This document shows, one piece after another, positions 8,899-18,379 of a DNA stretch of 47,718 bases; the first letter of the stretch is position 1, and the number at the start of each line of letters is the position of its first letter. Both the position numbers and the translations under genes were made by a program. Below the pieces are notes generated by a model. That model saw only the letters and a program-made list of their open reading frames with translations. It was not told where the DNA came from and searched no databases. This DNA comes from a virus. Where the stretch lies: UHGV virus genome UHGV-0289063; one strand, written 5' to 3'.

Positions 8899-9331
8899 AG
8901 AGCCTTCCTATGTTGTTGTTCAGAGGGTTCGTGACAGAAAGGGTTACCGACGCTGAATCGGCGTCGATGTCCACCGTCTTGACGTATAACTGCCATGACT
9001 TAATCGGCACCGACACATCGCCGCTGTCGAATATCTGCCGCGTGGCCGTAATGGCCGTCAGCCTGGCAGCCCCCTTCCACTGCTTCATCAGTGCTTTGAT
9101 GTCCGACGACAGCCGCCCAAGTTTCACCGTCGCGTCGATCACTGGTGTACCGCTCTGCTGGCTCTCTTCGATTTCAAAACGCGCTGGCGTGTACGTCTGG
9201 CCCCCGAGCGTCTTCGAAAAGAACTGCTTATCGACCAGGCGGACGTAACCAAAGGATGGGTGGTAGAACGTGATGGTGTCGTACAGGCCGCGCGTCGGGC
9301 GCTGCTGCTTATACTCCCTGAAACTCGGCAT
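8861..9331 (-). CDS. Minor tail protein (L-like position)
   Basis: Gene order and size; overlaps neighbouring genes. Confidence 0.5.
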   Translation of the reverse strand: MPSFREYKQQRPTRGLYDTITFYHPSFGYVRLVDKQFFSKTLGGQTYTPARFEIEESQQSGTPVIDATVKLGRLSSDIKALMKQWKGAARLTAITATRQIFDSGDVSVPIKSWQLYVKTVDIDADSASVTLSVTNPLNNNIGRLYDPTEYTGLQYL

Positions 9332-9828
9332 TATGGCACCCTCGGAAGACTTTCCGGATCACGCCCGTCCGGATAACCCGTTACAACGATATCCAGCCAC
9401 GAATCCCACGGCGGCGGCAGCTCAACAATGATGTCGTCGAACTCGTCGTCGGCGTTGTACAGATGGTTGGCGATAACGGTTCCCGTCCAGGTCACCACTC
9501 CGCCGTCGATACTGGTTTGCACCGGCATCTGCGTGAAGTGAAGCTCCTGCAACTGGAGACCACTGCCGCCCAGATTGATATTCATCCTGAACCAGTTCAG
9601 GCCCCGGTTGAGATAGTTTGGGCTGCGTAGCCACTGCTGGAAAGCGCGCTCCTGCGCCAGAGTGAAGATCCACGTCAGTGACCAGGTCACTTTCAGGTCG
9701 TCGGTTTGATTCTCGAAGATTGCCGGGCCGACCGCTGGCTGATCGGTCTGGAAACCGGTATCGAGTGTCATGTTTTTGCTGGCCTTCTGCGCCAGCGGCA
9801 GCCAGTCGGGATAGTCGATAATTGGCAT
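9331..9828 (-). CDS. Minor tail protein (M-like position)
   Basis: Gene order; lies immediately downstream of the tape measure gene with a 1-nt overlap. Confidence 0.5.
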   Translation of the reverse strand: MPIIDYPDWLPLAQKASKNMTLDTGFQTDQPAVGPAIFENQTDDLKVTWSLTWIFTLAQERAFQQWLRSPNYLNRGLNWFRMNINLGGSGLQLQELHFTQMPVQTSIDGGVVTWTGTVIANHLYNADDEFDDIIVELPPPWDSWLDIVVTGYPDGRDPESLPRVP

Positions 9829-12800
9829 CAGCCCTGCCCTCTTGGCGTGCGTTTAACGTTCATGTTGCTGGTGATGGCGTTACTGATTGGCCCGCCGTTG
9901 TTCAGGTCAGCGACAATTACATCCACAGTCACTCCACCATTAGCATCCGTACCAGCCTGCGCATCGACCGAGGATGACGTGTAGTTCTGGATGTTGATTA
10001 CCACCCCACCACCTCCACCGGCTGTCATTTCTTTATTGCTGATCACCCTGCCGTTGTCGCCCGGTATCATGTACTGGCTGCCATTACTGGCGCGGTAGAT
10101 TTCTGGCATACCACCCTCGCCTACCTGGTACATTGAACCGGCTGAGACCGGGCCGCCGTTCTTGCGCTTACCCGCCAGTGAACTGGACATGGCCATGGCG
10201 GCAATTACCGCCCCGATACCGATCGCCGCGGCGCCACCGAACGAGCCGATAGAGGCGACGATTGCAGCGGGTGTCCACGCCGCGGTTGTGGCCGCCGCAG
10301 AGGAAACGCTCGCCGCGGTTGTTGTTGCTGTACCGGCTACTGCTGCCGAGGTTGTGGCCGTGGTGGCAGCGATTTGGGCAGCACTGCCGGTGATCGCGGA
10401 TTTAACCCACTCTACCCCCATCTGCACAAAGCCATTGATGAGGCTATTCAGCGCGTTGCTTGCGAGAGACTGCATTGCCTCCTGAGCAGACATGCTTCCG
10501 GTTAGGATCCCCGTGAAAGCGTTGGAAGCGTTGCCAGCAAGAGATTCGAAGCTTGCAGCAAGCATCTCATTCCCCAGGCTCTGGTTTCTCCATATCTGCC
10601 ACTGAGCTGAAATTCGAGCCTGCTCATACTCCTTGTCAGCGTTAGCACGAAGCATAAGTGCGTTCTGGTGAGTGATAAGCCCCTGCTGCTCATACGCCTG
10701 AATAAGCGCAAGTTTTCTGGCGTTTTCATTCGCCAGTTGCTGAACAGGATCAATGCCGCCCACCGCATCCTGCTGTGGCGTTACAGCCTGATCAGCACGG
10801 ATTTTCGCAAGGTTCGCCTGGTGGGTGGCTTCCAGCCTCTCGGATGTCTGATTGAACTGCTCCTGGCTTATTTTCTTCGCAGCCAGCGCGGTATTCAGAT
10901 CCTCAACATCCTGTCTGTAACTAGCGTTCTCGCGTGCTTCAGGAAGAAGCTTCTCTGCTGCTGCCTGAGCCTTAATGGCGTTGGCAGTGTCCCATTTTTT
11001 TGCGGCGTACTGACCCGCCAGCGCGATCTGCTCTTTGGTGGCGCCTTTACCTAGCGACTGCTGAGCATTCAGGATCGCCTGCTCGCGGCTCAGCTTATTG
11101 GTAGAGTCGGCGGCCAGTTCTGCTTGCTGTTTCAGGTTCGCCAGTTTCTGAGCCACAGAATCAGCGGATGTTGCAGAACGTTTATCCTGCTGTTCGCTTT
11201 CACGCTGTGTTTTTTTTCTGGCTTCTTCGGCCTTTTGCAGGTCGTAGTTTTCTCCAGCAAGCTTTCCAGCTGATGATATCTGATTCTTGTTATCAGTTAC
11301 CTTGGCGGCTTGCATTTGAGCTTTAACAACGGCTCTTTGTCGCTCATCCTGAATTTTAAGAAGTTCGTTTTGCTCCTCAAGATTGAGGATAAGCTTATCG
11401 CCCTCTTTCGTGGCCGGAGAAATTTGCAGTGCTTTCGGATCAAAATTCTTCCCTGCCTGATTGGCCCGGTTTATTTCATCAGCTGTATCGCCAAAGGCTT
11501 TCGCTACCGCACCCTGAACTTGCTCAAGAGACCAGGATTTTTCGATGAGTTGATCATGAACTCCCATCGCCGTAAGCATGTTGTTCGTGAGCGTGCGTGT
11601 CGCCTCTGACGCAGTTTCTTCTGTCCGGGATAATTTATCCTTTGCGGCCTCAAGATCTCGCGTCTTGCGAGCCAGTTCATCAGACACCTCCGCCTGTTGA
11701 CGGGCGAAATCCGCACCTTGCCCCATAGATTCAGCAACTTCCTGCGCTGCCGGGGTAAAGTTCTGATATCTGTCTCTCAGCGAGTCAACTTCACTCTGCA
11801 GATCTGCTACATCCTCTTTCTGAGCTCGAATAGAATTATTGGCATCTGCAATAGCCCCACGCAGCTGCGTGTTCGACATTGCATTCATGGCGGCGTTGAG
11901 CTTATCCAGACCATCGGCGAAGGCGATAGCCTCCTCTTTTGCCTGTTGAGCTTTCTGCCAGAAATAGAAGATCGCTCCGGCAGCAAGCATAGCCGCACCA
12001 GCAGGACCACCTATCAGAGCAAGCGCACCGCGAGCCATTCCGATACCAACGGACGCTGCACGAGCAGCTGTCGCCGCACGGGCCGACGCTGCAGCCTGGG
12101 CAGTTTCAGCCTCCGCAAGAGCAAGAGATGCGGTAGTAGCCCGTGTTTTTGCGGCCACAAGAGCATCCATTGCCAGCATCTCTGCAGCGCTACCTTTTGC
12201 CACGTTATATTCAGCCTGGGCCAGCGCGAGAGACGAAAGAGCAGCCTCTTTATCAGCCAGAGCCTTACGCTGAGCAGAATTAGCAGCAACCAAAGCTGCT
12301 TGTGCCGCCTGACTCTCTGCAACAGCCTGCTGACGGGATGCTGCGATATCAGCGATTTTCGCTGAGGTAGCCATGGTCAGCGCACCGACATACCGCGCAC
12401 CCATTACGCCGGCAACAATCGTGAGCGTAGTGCTGAGAACGTCCAGGTTTTCACTGAGAGAAATGACTGAATCACTGAATATTTTGACGCCAGTTTTTAC
12501 AGTGGCATTCTCGCCAAAGAACTTCGTGATGTTGTTGTTGGCAATTTCAAGAGACTGGCTGATCGTGGCAGTAGTTTTAGCGAACTCCTGTCCAATTTTA
12601 TCGCCCTGAGAAAGCAACCCATTCACGATCACATCAGTGGTTAACTTGCCCTCTGCAGCCATGTTTCTGAGCGCCCCAATGCTGACATTCATCGAGTCAG
12701 CAATAGCAATCATGAGCCGGTTACCCTGCTCGTTCACAGAGTTAAATTCATCACCTCTTAAAGCTCCGGACGCCAGCCCCTGAGCAAGCTGAATGATTGC

Positions 12801-13316
12801 GTTGCTTGCCTCCTCGGCTGTTGACCCTGAGACCACGAAGCCCTGGTTAATAATGGTTGTCAGCCTGGTAATGTCCTCAACACTGACACCATAACTCCGT
12901 GTTGATCGCTCGAGACGTGCATAGAGAGTGGCCGTGGCATCGAGACCTGAACGAGTCTTTTGAGAGATGTCAAAAACACGCTCTGTGACATCAGCCAGGG
13001 TCTCAAAAGGCGGTACGGAATCCCTGACGGCGTTTGCCAGTTTATTACTCAGGTCCTGCCATGCCTGGGCGTATGCGCCGACCTGCTGGACAGAAAGAGC
13101 GGCAATGAGCGCTTTCGCGACGCCAGTTAAGCTGGACATAGTGCCTTCAATCGAAGACAGGGATCGTTCAGTGCGGTTTAACCCCGCCTCAAGACGACCC
13201 ATGCTACCGTTAAGACCATTTAACGCGGCATCGATATCCCGGCGTCCCTGAAGGATCCCGGCGGTGTCCATGTCAACTTCATAAACAATCGTTCCAGCGC
13301 TGACAGTACCAGCCAT
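9828..13316 (-). CDS. Tail tape measure protein
   Basis: 1162 aa. Long A/Q/E-rich coiled-coil region and a Gly/Ala/Thr-rich hydrophobic segment. Position downstream of the chaperone gene. Confidence 0.9.
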   Translation of the reverse strand: MAGTVSAGTIVYEVDMDTAGILQGRRDIDAALNGLNGSMGRLEAGLNRTERSLSSIEGTMSSLTGVAKALIAALSVQQVGAYAQAWQDLSNKLANAVRDSVPPFETLADVTERVFDISQKTRSGLDATATLYARLERSTRSYGVSVEDITRLTTIINQGFVVSGSTAEEASNAIIQLAQGLASGALRGDEFNSVNEQGNRLMIAIADSMNVSIGALRNMAAEGKLTTDVIVNGLLSQGDKIGQEFAKTTATISQSLEIANNNITKFFGENATVKTGVKIFSDSVISLSENLDVLSTTLTIVAGVMGARYVGALTMATSAKIADIAASRQQAVAESQAAQAALVAANSAQRKALADKEAALSSLALAQAEYNVAKGSAAEMLAMDALVAAKTRATTASLALAEAETAQAAASARAATAARAASVGIGMARGALALIGGPAGAAMLAAGAIFYFWQKAQQAKEEAIAFADGLDKLNAAMNAMSNTQLRGAIADANNSIRAQKEDVADLQSEVDSLRDRYQNFTPAAQEVAESMGQGADFARQQAEVSDELARKTRDLEAAKDKLSRTEETASEATRTLTNNMLTAMGVHDQLIEKSWSLEQVQGAVAKAFGDTADEINRANQAGKNFDPKALQISPATKEGDKLILNLEEQNELLKIQDERQRAVVKAQMQAAKVTDNKNQISSAGKLAGENYDLQKAEEARKKTQRESEQQDKRSATSADSVAQKLANLKQQAELAADSTNKLSREQAILNAQQSLGKGATKEQIALAGQYAAKKWDTANAIKAQAAAEKLLPEARENASYRQDVEDLNTALAAKKISQEQFNQTSERLEATHQANLAKIRADQAVTPQQDAVGGIDPVQQLANENARKLALIQAYEQQGLITHQNALMLRANADKEYEQARISAQWQIWRNQSLGNEMLAASFESLAGNASNAFTGILTGSMSAQEAMQSLASNALNSLINGFVQMGVEWVKSAITGSAAQIAATTATTSAAVAGTATTTAASVSSAAATTAAWTPAAIVASIGSFGGAAAIGIGAVIAAMAMSSSLAGKRKNGGPVSAGSMYQVGEGGMPEIYRASNGSQYMIPGDNGRVISNKEMTAGGGGGVVINIQNYTSSSVDAQAGTDANGGVTVDVIVADLNNGGPISNAITSNMNVKRTPRGQG

Positions 13317-13329
13317 AATCTAATCTCCG

Positions 13330-13362
13330 GGCAATAAAAAACCCCGCCGTAGAGGGGTTGTT
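13330..13362. terminator. Hairpin with T-tracts between the chaperone and tape measure genes (possible attenuator)
   Basis: AACCCC-GCCGTAGA-GGGGTT flanked by A/T runs on both strands. Confidence 0.35.
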
Positions 13363-13377
13363 TTGGTGTGTTCTTTT

Positions 13378-14055
13378 TTACTTGGCCCGTTCCGCCAGGG
13401 CTAATCGCTTCGCTTTCTTCTCCATGTAATCATCGGCGATCGCATCGTACTCATCGCGAGTGAAGCCTTTCTGCTCTGGGTATTTTGCCGACAGAAGCAT
13501 CTGAAATTCGGTCATCGTTAATTGAGAGGCTTCTTCGCGGATCATGCCAAAATGAGTACGCGCCGCGCTGATGTAGTCGAAGGCTTTAAATTCGTTTGTT
13601 CTCGCACCTGTTTCGTGGCGCTGCAGCTGGCGGACCTTAGCTTTGCCGACGACACCATGCTGCATAAGGTGCTGCGCCAGCACGATGATGTCGTTCTTCG
13701 GCATCTGTCCCGGTCGGTATACGACGCAATGCCGCCATCCCTTCCATTCGCCGATCATAGGCGTCAGGTCTTCCTCGCAGCACGCCTGAAGCACCAACAT
13801 GCACGTTGATAAAAGCTTCTCAGTAGCGCGGTTGAATGATGGAGATAGCCATTCAGGAAATCCTCCCAGCGTGCCAGCGCAAACCTCAATTAGCTGAGCG
13901 ACATCATTGCCGTGTATGGTGGCGTACGCCTGCACAATCTCTTCCGGAGTGCCGATCCTCGTCATAGCCTCGAATGAAGGCCGTAGCAGGTAATCTTTCC
14001 CGCCTTCGCGGCTGTCGCTGATAGAGAGTTCGCCAATATCGGTTAAAGCGGTCAT
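13378..14055 (-). CDS. Tail assembly chaperone (G/GT-like position)
   Basis: Acidic 225-aa protein between the major tail and tape measure genes. Confidence 0.5.
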   Translation of the reverse strand: MTALTDIGELSISDSREGGKDYLLRPSFEAMTRIGTPEEIVQAYATIHGNDVAQLIEVCAGTLGGFPEWLSPSFNRATEKLLSTCMLVLQACCEEDLTPMIGEWKGWRHCVVYRPGQMPKNDIIVLAQHLMQHGVVGKAKVRQLQRHETGARTNEFKAFDYISAARTHFGMIREEASQLTMTEFQMLLSAKYPEQKGFTRDEYDAIADDYMEKKAKRLALAERAK

Positions 14056-14112
14056 AGGCCTTCCAGTAAACGGTCATTATCAAGGGCAGCACGCCGCCCT
14101 TTGGAATGTCCG

Positions 14113-14856
14113 TTAGGTAACGGTAACCGTATGCACGGCCACAAAGTTGCCGTCTTCGGTGTTGATGATGATCTGTGCGCTGCCGGTGGCGACACGCGTC
14201 ACGGTAACGGTGTTGCCAGAGGCGGTAGCCGTTGCTTTGGTCGCGTCGGTAGTCGCTACAGTGAAGTCTTTGTTGGTTGCGCCGGTTGGTGCGATATTCA
14301 CCGTGAAGGTGCTGTTACCGCCAGCCGCGCCGGTGCTGGTTGCTGGGGTTACCGTCACGCCAGTCACAGCAACCGCAGTGATTTCGTTCACCTCGATAGT
14401 GCTCGCGTCACCGACTTTGAACTCGGTAGAGAACGTGACAATGTCGTTGGTACCACCGTCTGAACTCAGAGCCGTAATGTTCATGTAGCCGATGAATTCT
14501 ACCGGACCGTAGTCCATGCGCACCCAGATACCAGGCTGGCGCTTAGCCTTCAGCTCATCAGCGAAATACTTGATGAACTTGCCAACACCGTACTGGTCCA
14601 GTTTGTCCTTCTTGCGCACTTCACCTTCAAAGCTCAGGGTGAAGTCACTGTTGGTGATGATGGTCTCGACATAGCCGCCGCCGTCATCCGCATCAGAGGT
14701 AACCGAGTTCGGGTTGAAGTCGAAGCCTTTCGACGTACCAGCAGCCAGCGCCTTCCACTCAGATTCAAGTGGCTTGACGTCCGGGCAGCCATCGGCGACT
14801 TCCAGCACGACCGCACCGCCGAACAGGCGCTCGTTCGAGTTCTGGCAATTAGCCAT
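14113..14856 (-). CDS. Major tail protein with a C-terminal Ig-like (Big) domain
   Basis: Thr/Val-rich C-terminal tail (TVTPATSTGAAGGNSTFTVN...) typical of Big_2 domains on major tail proteins. Gene order. Confidence 0.75.
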   Translation of the reverse strand: MANCQNSNERLFGGAVVLEVADGCPDVKPLESEWKALAAGTSKGFDFNPNSVTSDADDGGGYVETIITNSDFTLSFEGEVRKKDKLDQYGVGKFIKYFADELKAKRQPGIWVRMDYGPVEFIGYMNITALSSDGGTNDIVTFSTEFKVGDASTIEVNEITAVAVTGVTVTPATSTGAAGGNSTFTVNIAPTGATNKDFTVATTDATKATATASGNTVTVTRVATGSAQIIINTEDGNFVAVHTVTVT

Positions 14857-14883
14857 GTGAAACTCCTCTTTGACGTATAAAAG

Positions 14884-14914
14884 AAAACCCGCCGGAGCGG
14901 GTTATTTGGTTGGG
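14884..14914 (-). terminator. Hairpin/attenuator upstream of the major tail gene
   Basis: Minus strand reads AACCCGCTCCGGCGGGTT followed by TTCTTTTATA. Confidence 0.5.
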
Positions 14915-14918
14915 ATGG

Positions 14919-15302
14919 CTATTCGCCGTAAGTGCAGGCGAACTGGAGTCGGAAGACTATTCGCCCTTCTTCTGTGAGCACCGGCGCGGGAATTGCGCCC
15001 ATGTTCTGGATGTAGCCGACACACTCGTCAGCCATGGGGTTGGCCTGGACGTAATCGACGATGCGCTGTACGGCATTGAGTGCGTCTTTGCGCTTATCTT
15101 TTGCGCCTACTACGTCGACCAGGACGTGATACTCAGAGCCGAGGTCTGTACGGATATTCGAGCCGCCGTTTGGCCTGAACACCATGATCGCCTTCGACAT
15201 GTCACCTGGGTCATCAAACATCAGCTGTTGCACCGTGAAACCGGTCGTTAGACCGGCGTCGCCGAACATATTTCGCACCCGTTCGTGCATCATGGGTGTC
15301 AT
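14919..15302 (-). CDS. Tail completion / tail terminator-like protein
   Basis: Gene order in the neck module; size. Confidence 0.45.
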   Translation of the reverse strand: MTPMMHERVRNMFGDAGLTTGFTVQQLMFDDPGDMSKAIMVFRPNGGSNIRTDLGSEYHVLVDVVGAKDKRKDALNAVQRIVDYVQANPMADECVGYIQNMGAIPAPVLTEEGRIVFRLQFACTYGE

Positions 15303-15667
15303 AGTGAAAGCTCCTTACGCACAACATCATCGATGGCAGATCGCTCCTCTTCAAACCCAAGAGTGAGGAATTCCTTTTTAGCAGTTGAGCGACGGAACCT
15401 CTGCGGGTTGGCCGGGTCATGAACATAAACGGCATAGTTGGTCGAGTAACCTACCCTGCCTGTAATTACCGCTCCGTCAGTTACGATTTCGCGAAACTGG
15501 CTATTTAAAAGTGCTGAGGTATCGATCGGCGTGTAAAGTGCCGCTCTAGCAGCCCCAAGAATCATCGCTGACTGGAGTGCGCGAATGACTTTTCTACCCT
15601 GAATATCATTCAGAATTCGGTCAATATTGCGCTCAACACGTGCAGTGCCACGCACTTTGATACCCAT
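15299..15667 (-). CDS. Head-tail joining protein (HK97 gp10-like neck protein)
   Basis: Gene order; 4-nt overlap with the next gene. Confidence 0.45.
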   Translation of the reverse strand: MGIKVRGTARVERNIDRILNDIQGRKVIRALQSAMILGAARAALYTPIDTSALLNSQFREIVTDGAVITGRVGYSTNYAVYVHDPANPQRFRRSTAKKEFLTLGFEEERSAIDDVVRKELSL

Positions 15668-15669
15668 GG

Positions 15670-16026
15670 CTACACTCCCGTAATTATCGCCCAGTCATCT
15701 TCCAGACCGTCGAGAGTGTCGTTCCAGCGCGTCACGTGACGGACCTCATCAGCACCTGCTACGACCGGATCCTGCTCAGCGCTAACACCAATCAGGATGT
15801 AATCGCCCTCATCAGCTAACGCATACGCAGTAAAGAAGGTGTTTTTTACGACAACCTCTTTACCAATGGAGCCGAGCTTTGCAGACAGGCCGCCGATGTA
15901 GTCGCACATGATGGTTTCAGGCGGTTCGTATGGGTCGACAGGATCGCCCCACTCGTCATTACCGCCCGCGCCCTTACGCCATATCGTGCACGGCTTGTTG
16001 TATGACCATGAAGCAGTAGACGACAT
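15670..16026 (-). CDS. Head-tail connector / head closure protein (start revised to the internal ATG)
   Basis: The internal ATG at 16026 is preceded by RBS AAGGAGGG. The upstream part of the track ORF (16027-16149) is covered by a separate coupled small gene. Confidence 0.5.
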   Translation of the reverse strand: MSSTASWSYNKPCTIWRKGAGGNDEWGDPVDPYEPPETIMCDYIGGLSAKLGSIGKEVVVKNTFFTAYALADEGDYILIGVSAEQDPVVAGADEVRHVTRWNDTLDGLEDDWAIITGV

Positions 16027-16199
16027 CAGCCCTCCTTCCAGCGCAGCACCTTCGCGCCAGTCGCCCGGATGCGCGGGCAGTTGATGAACCACTCGCCGTC
16101 CGATTTCACGTATCCGGTAGTCTCCCGCCCGGTGTCGGTCATCACCCATACACGGGTAAACGAACGCGGCAGGCCGTGCTTAACTGATTTGTACGTCAT
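16026..16199 (-). CDS. 57-aa hypothetical protein (MTYKSVKHGLPRSF...RWKEG), below the ORF-track size threshold
   Basis: Its start ATG overlaps the upstream stop (TGATG) and its own TGA overlaps the downstream ATG, the classic translational-coupling arrangement of a neck module. Confidence 0.5.
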   Translation of the reverse strand: MTYKSVKHGLPRSFTRVWVMTDTGRETTGYVKSDGEWFINCPRIRATGAKVLRWKEG

Positions 16200-16579
16200 C
16201 AGCAGCCCCCGACCACCATGAACAGACCGACGCTGTTACCAGCGCTGATCGGCAACTCGCCGGTGCATCCGCTGGTATCGAGTTTCGCCAGAGAGTCGCG
16301 CAGCCAGGTAATGCTGTCGTCGCCATATTCAAACGAACGTGACGCACCAGACGGCGCACCCTGCGATTTGATTCGCCGCGCGCCGGAAGACGTAGCCATC
16401 AATGCTGCGGCGTACATCAGGATCAGCTTCGCGGTGCAGTCGTCATACCCTGCACCATCAAGGCACGGGATAATCTTGTTCACCACACAGAGAATAGGAT
16501 CCAGCAGCGCGCCCGGAATGGAGTAACCCAATTCACCGAGGAACGCCTGCACGTCTGCCGCTGTGATTGGGTCAGCCAT
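16199..16579 (-). CDS. Head-tail connector (gp6-like adaptor) protein
   Basis: Gene order and size. Confidence 0.45.
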   Translation of the reverse strand: MADPITAADVQAFLGELGYSIPGALLDPILCVVNKIIPCLDGAGYDDCTAKLILMYAAALMATSSGARRIKSQGAPSGASRSFEYGDDSITWLRDSLAKLDTSGCTGELPISAGNSVGLFMVVGGC

Positions 16580-16581
16580 GG

Positions 16582-16833
16582 TTATTTCGCCTTTTTCGAT
16601 TTAGCGGATGTGTCTTCCTGCTCTACAGGCTCTACAGGCTCTACAGGCTTATCGTTGTCGCCAGGAGTGGCGACTTCAAGCACCTGTTCTTCTACTTCAC
16701 CTACGACCGACACACGGCCAGCGAAAGCCGGTGGCACATCAACCGCAACGAACTCATGGCCCACCGGCAGTTGCTGGAATACACCGTTAATCGTTCCCCA
16801 GCAGCCAGTCTTCTCGACTTTTAACTTTTTCAT
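16582..16833 (-). CDS. Small head-associated hypothetical protein with a PVEPVEPVE repeat
   Basis: RBS GGGAGAG. Lies immediately after the major capsid gene terminator. Contains the 3 x 9-bp tandem repeat at 16621-16647. Confidence 0.5.
   Translation of the reverse strand: MKKLKVEKTGCWGTINGVFQQLPVGHEFVAVDVPPAFAGRVSVVGEVEEQVLEVATPGDNDKPVEPVEPVEQEDTSAKSKKAK
16621..16647. repeat. Perfect 3 x 9-bp tandem repeat (CTCTACAGG), in-frame within the small gene above
   Basis: ctctacagg ctctacagg ctctacagg. Confidence 0.9.
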
Positions 16834-16839
16834 GCTCTC

Positions 16840-16867
16840 TCCCGAAGAAAAGGGGCCGAAGCCCCTT
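16840..16867 (-). terminator. Hairpin with a UUCG tetraloop overlapping the major capsid gene stop codon (partial terminator)
   Basis: Minus strand reads AAGGGGC-TTCG-GCCCCTT followed by TTCTTCGG. Confidence 0.55.
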
Positions 16868-17921
16868 AACCCTGTGCGTTGAACACTTTCGAACGACCGT
16901 TGAAGTCGCGCTTAATCTGCAAACCAACAGCACTCCAGACCAGAGTGTTGTAGTTATCGAACGGATTCTGACGCGGGATCATGAACGAGCCCACCGGTGC
17001 CGCAATGCGCGTTTTGATATACTGTGCATTGCGCACATACGCGATGAAGTGGTTGCCGGTCAACTTAAAGGTCTGGTTAATTGACTCTATACGACCATAG
17101 CGCAGAATGTATTCCAGAACCGTGCCTTCCTTGAAGCCAGTGGCATTAGAATACGGTCGGTTCAGGTTGCGCATGATGTCTGGAGACACCCATACCTTCA
17201 CCTTCTCCTGCACGTAGTTATCGTCCAGCAGTTTCGCGAACGGACCGGTGAAGAATGCCACAGATTCGTCAGGAGTAGAGGTAGTCAGGTCGATGTTCAG
17301 ACCGGATGCACTCAGATCCACCTGGTTGGTATTGGCGTGGTTGGTGATACCTGCACCGACGTAGCCCTTAACCTTAACCTTCGCGTCACCAGACAGCATG
17401 TAGTCGGCCATATCCTCGCGGATGGCTGCAACGTGCGCTTCCTGGTCATCGGCCATTGCGTCAAGGTTTTCTGACTGCATGCCGTTCCACTCACGCCATT
17501 CACGGCTGTAGCCGGTGTTGAAGATCGGGATTGGGTCACCAGCTTCGTCGTAGATAACTTTATCCAGTTCTTCCGGAACGTGGCCCGTCAGTGTCCGATG
17601 AACCTTGCCCGCGTCACTGGAGACGCGGTAAAGCGCCGCTGTCTTGCCGATAGAGATCGGCGTACCGAGACCGAGCAGATCATCCAGCAGGCCGTTGCCT
17701 TCGTCATTACGGAAGACTCGGGTAGTGATGTTATCCACTTCACGCCAGTAGTCTTTGGAGATCAGCGCAGCCTGGTTAACTTCCAGTGCGCCGCCATACT
17801 GGGCGGAAATAGTGCTCTGGTTGATGTTGAAGGACTCACGCTGCATCAGCAGCTGATTCCACGCCTGCTTTACCTGGTTATATTCAGTAACCAGCTTTTT
17901 GTTGAATACGATCATGCTCAT
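16866..17921 (-). CDS. Major capsid protein
   Basis: 351 aa; sits between the decoration/scaffold genes and the connector genes; followed by a strong hairpin. Confidence 0.8.
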   Translation of the reverse strand: MSMIVFNKKLVTEYNQVKQAWNQLLMQRESFNINQSTISAQYGGALEVNQAALISKDYWREVDNITTRVFRNDEGNGLLDDLLGLGTPISIGKTAALYRVSSDAGKVHRTLTGHVPEELDKVIYDEAGDPIPIFNTGYSREWREWNGMQSENLDAMADDQEAHVAAIREDMADYMLSGDAKVKVKGYVGAGITNHANTNQVDLSASGLNIDLTTSTPDESVAFFTGPFAKLLDDNYVQEKVKVWVSPDIMRNLNRPYSNATGFKEGTVLEYILRYGRIESINQTFKLTGNHFIAYVRNAQYIKTRIAAPVGSFMIPRQNPFDNYNTLVWSAVGLQIKRDFNGRSKVFNAQG

Positions 17922-18379
17922 GCGGTTGCTTTCCCTGATTTGCGAACTTTCACGAGCTGAGCTTCTGCGCCAACGGTGATTTTTTCGCGTGAATAAAAGA
18001 GGACCTGGTCGGTGGCTGGTGTGGTCGACTTGGCCAGCGTGCCGTCACCGGCAGAAACCAGACCTTCGTTTTCCAGCAACACTTCGCCTGCTTTGACCAG
18101 CATGTGGTAATCCACATCGTCTTCGCACATGATGGCCGCGCCGGTATCACCTGCAGGAACCGAGTCGCGAATGTCACCACCGCCGATGTAGTTGTGCTGA
18201 AGAGCCAGAGCAACGCCTGCACCGCCAGCGACATTGTGAACTGCCAGCTTCCCGGTGCTGTCGAGCATCACCAGTGAGCCAGGTTTCACGGCCGCCGCCA
18301 TGATTGCTTCAATGACCTGTGTGTCATTCTTACGGGCCGGGCCCGCGATTACCGTATGGAAACGAGGTGCGAGAGCCAT
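17918..18379 (-). CDS. Head decoration protein
   Basis: 153-aa Gly/Ala-rich protein immediately upstream of the major capsid gene with a 4-nt overlap. Confidence 0.5.
   Translation of the reverse strand: MALAPRFHTVIAGPARKNDTQVIEAIMAAAVKPGSLVMLDSTGKLAVHNVAGGAGVALALQHNYIGGGDIRDSVPAGDTGAAIMCEDDVDYHMLVKAGEVLLENEGLVSAGDGTLAKSTTPATDQVLFYSREKITVGAEAQLVKVRKSGKATA

Noticed and set aside
10162-10485. Plus-strand Ala/Val-rich 107-aa ORF (and other plus-strand ORFs at 10668-11054, 11697-12365 and 12967-13251) inside the tape measure gene
   Set aside because: They are antisense to a well-supported 1162-aa tape measure gene. Their composition simply mirrors its GC- and Ala-rich coding strand, and they have no RBS or coupling.
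16621-16647. Possible CRISPR-like or satellite repeat
   Set aside because: Only three 9-bp units, in-frame within a coding sequence, with no spacers.
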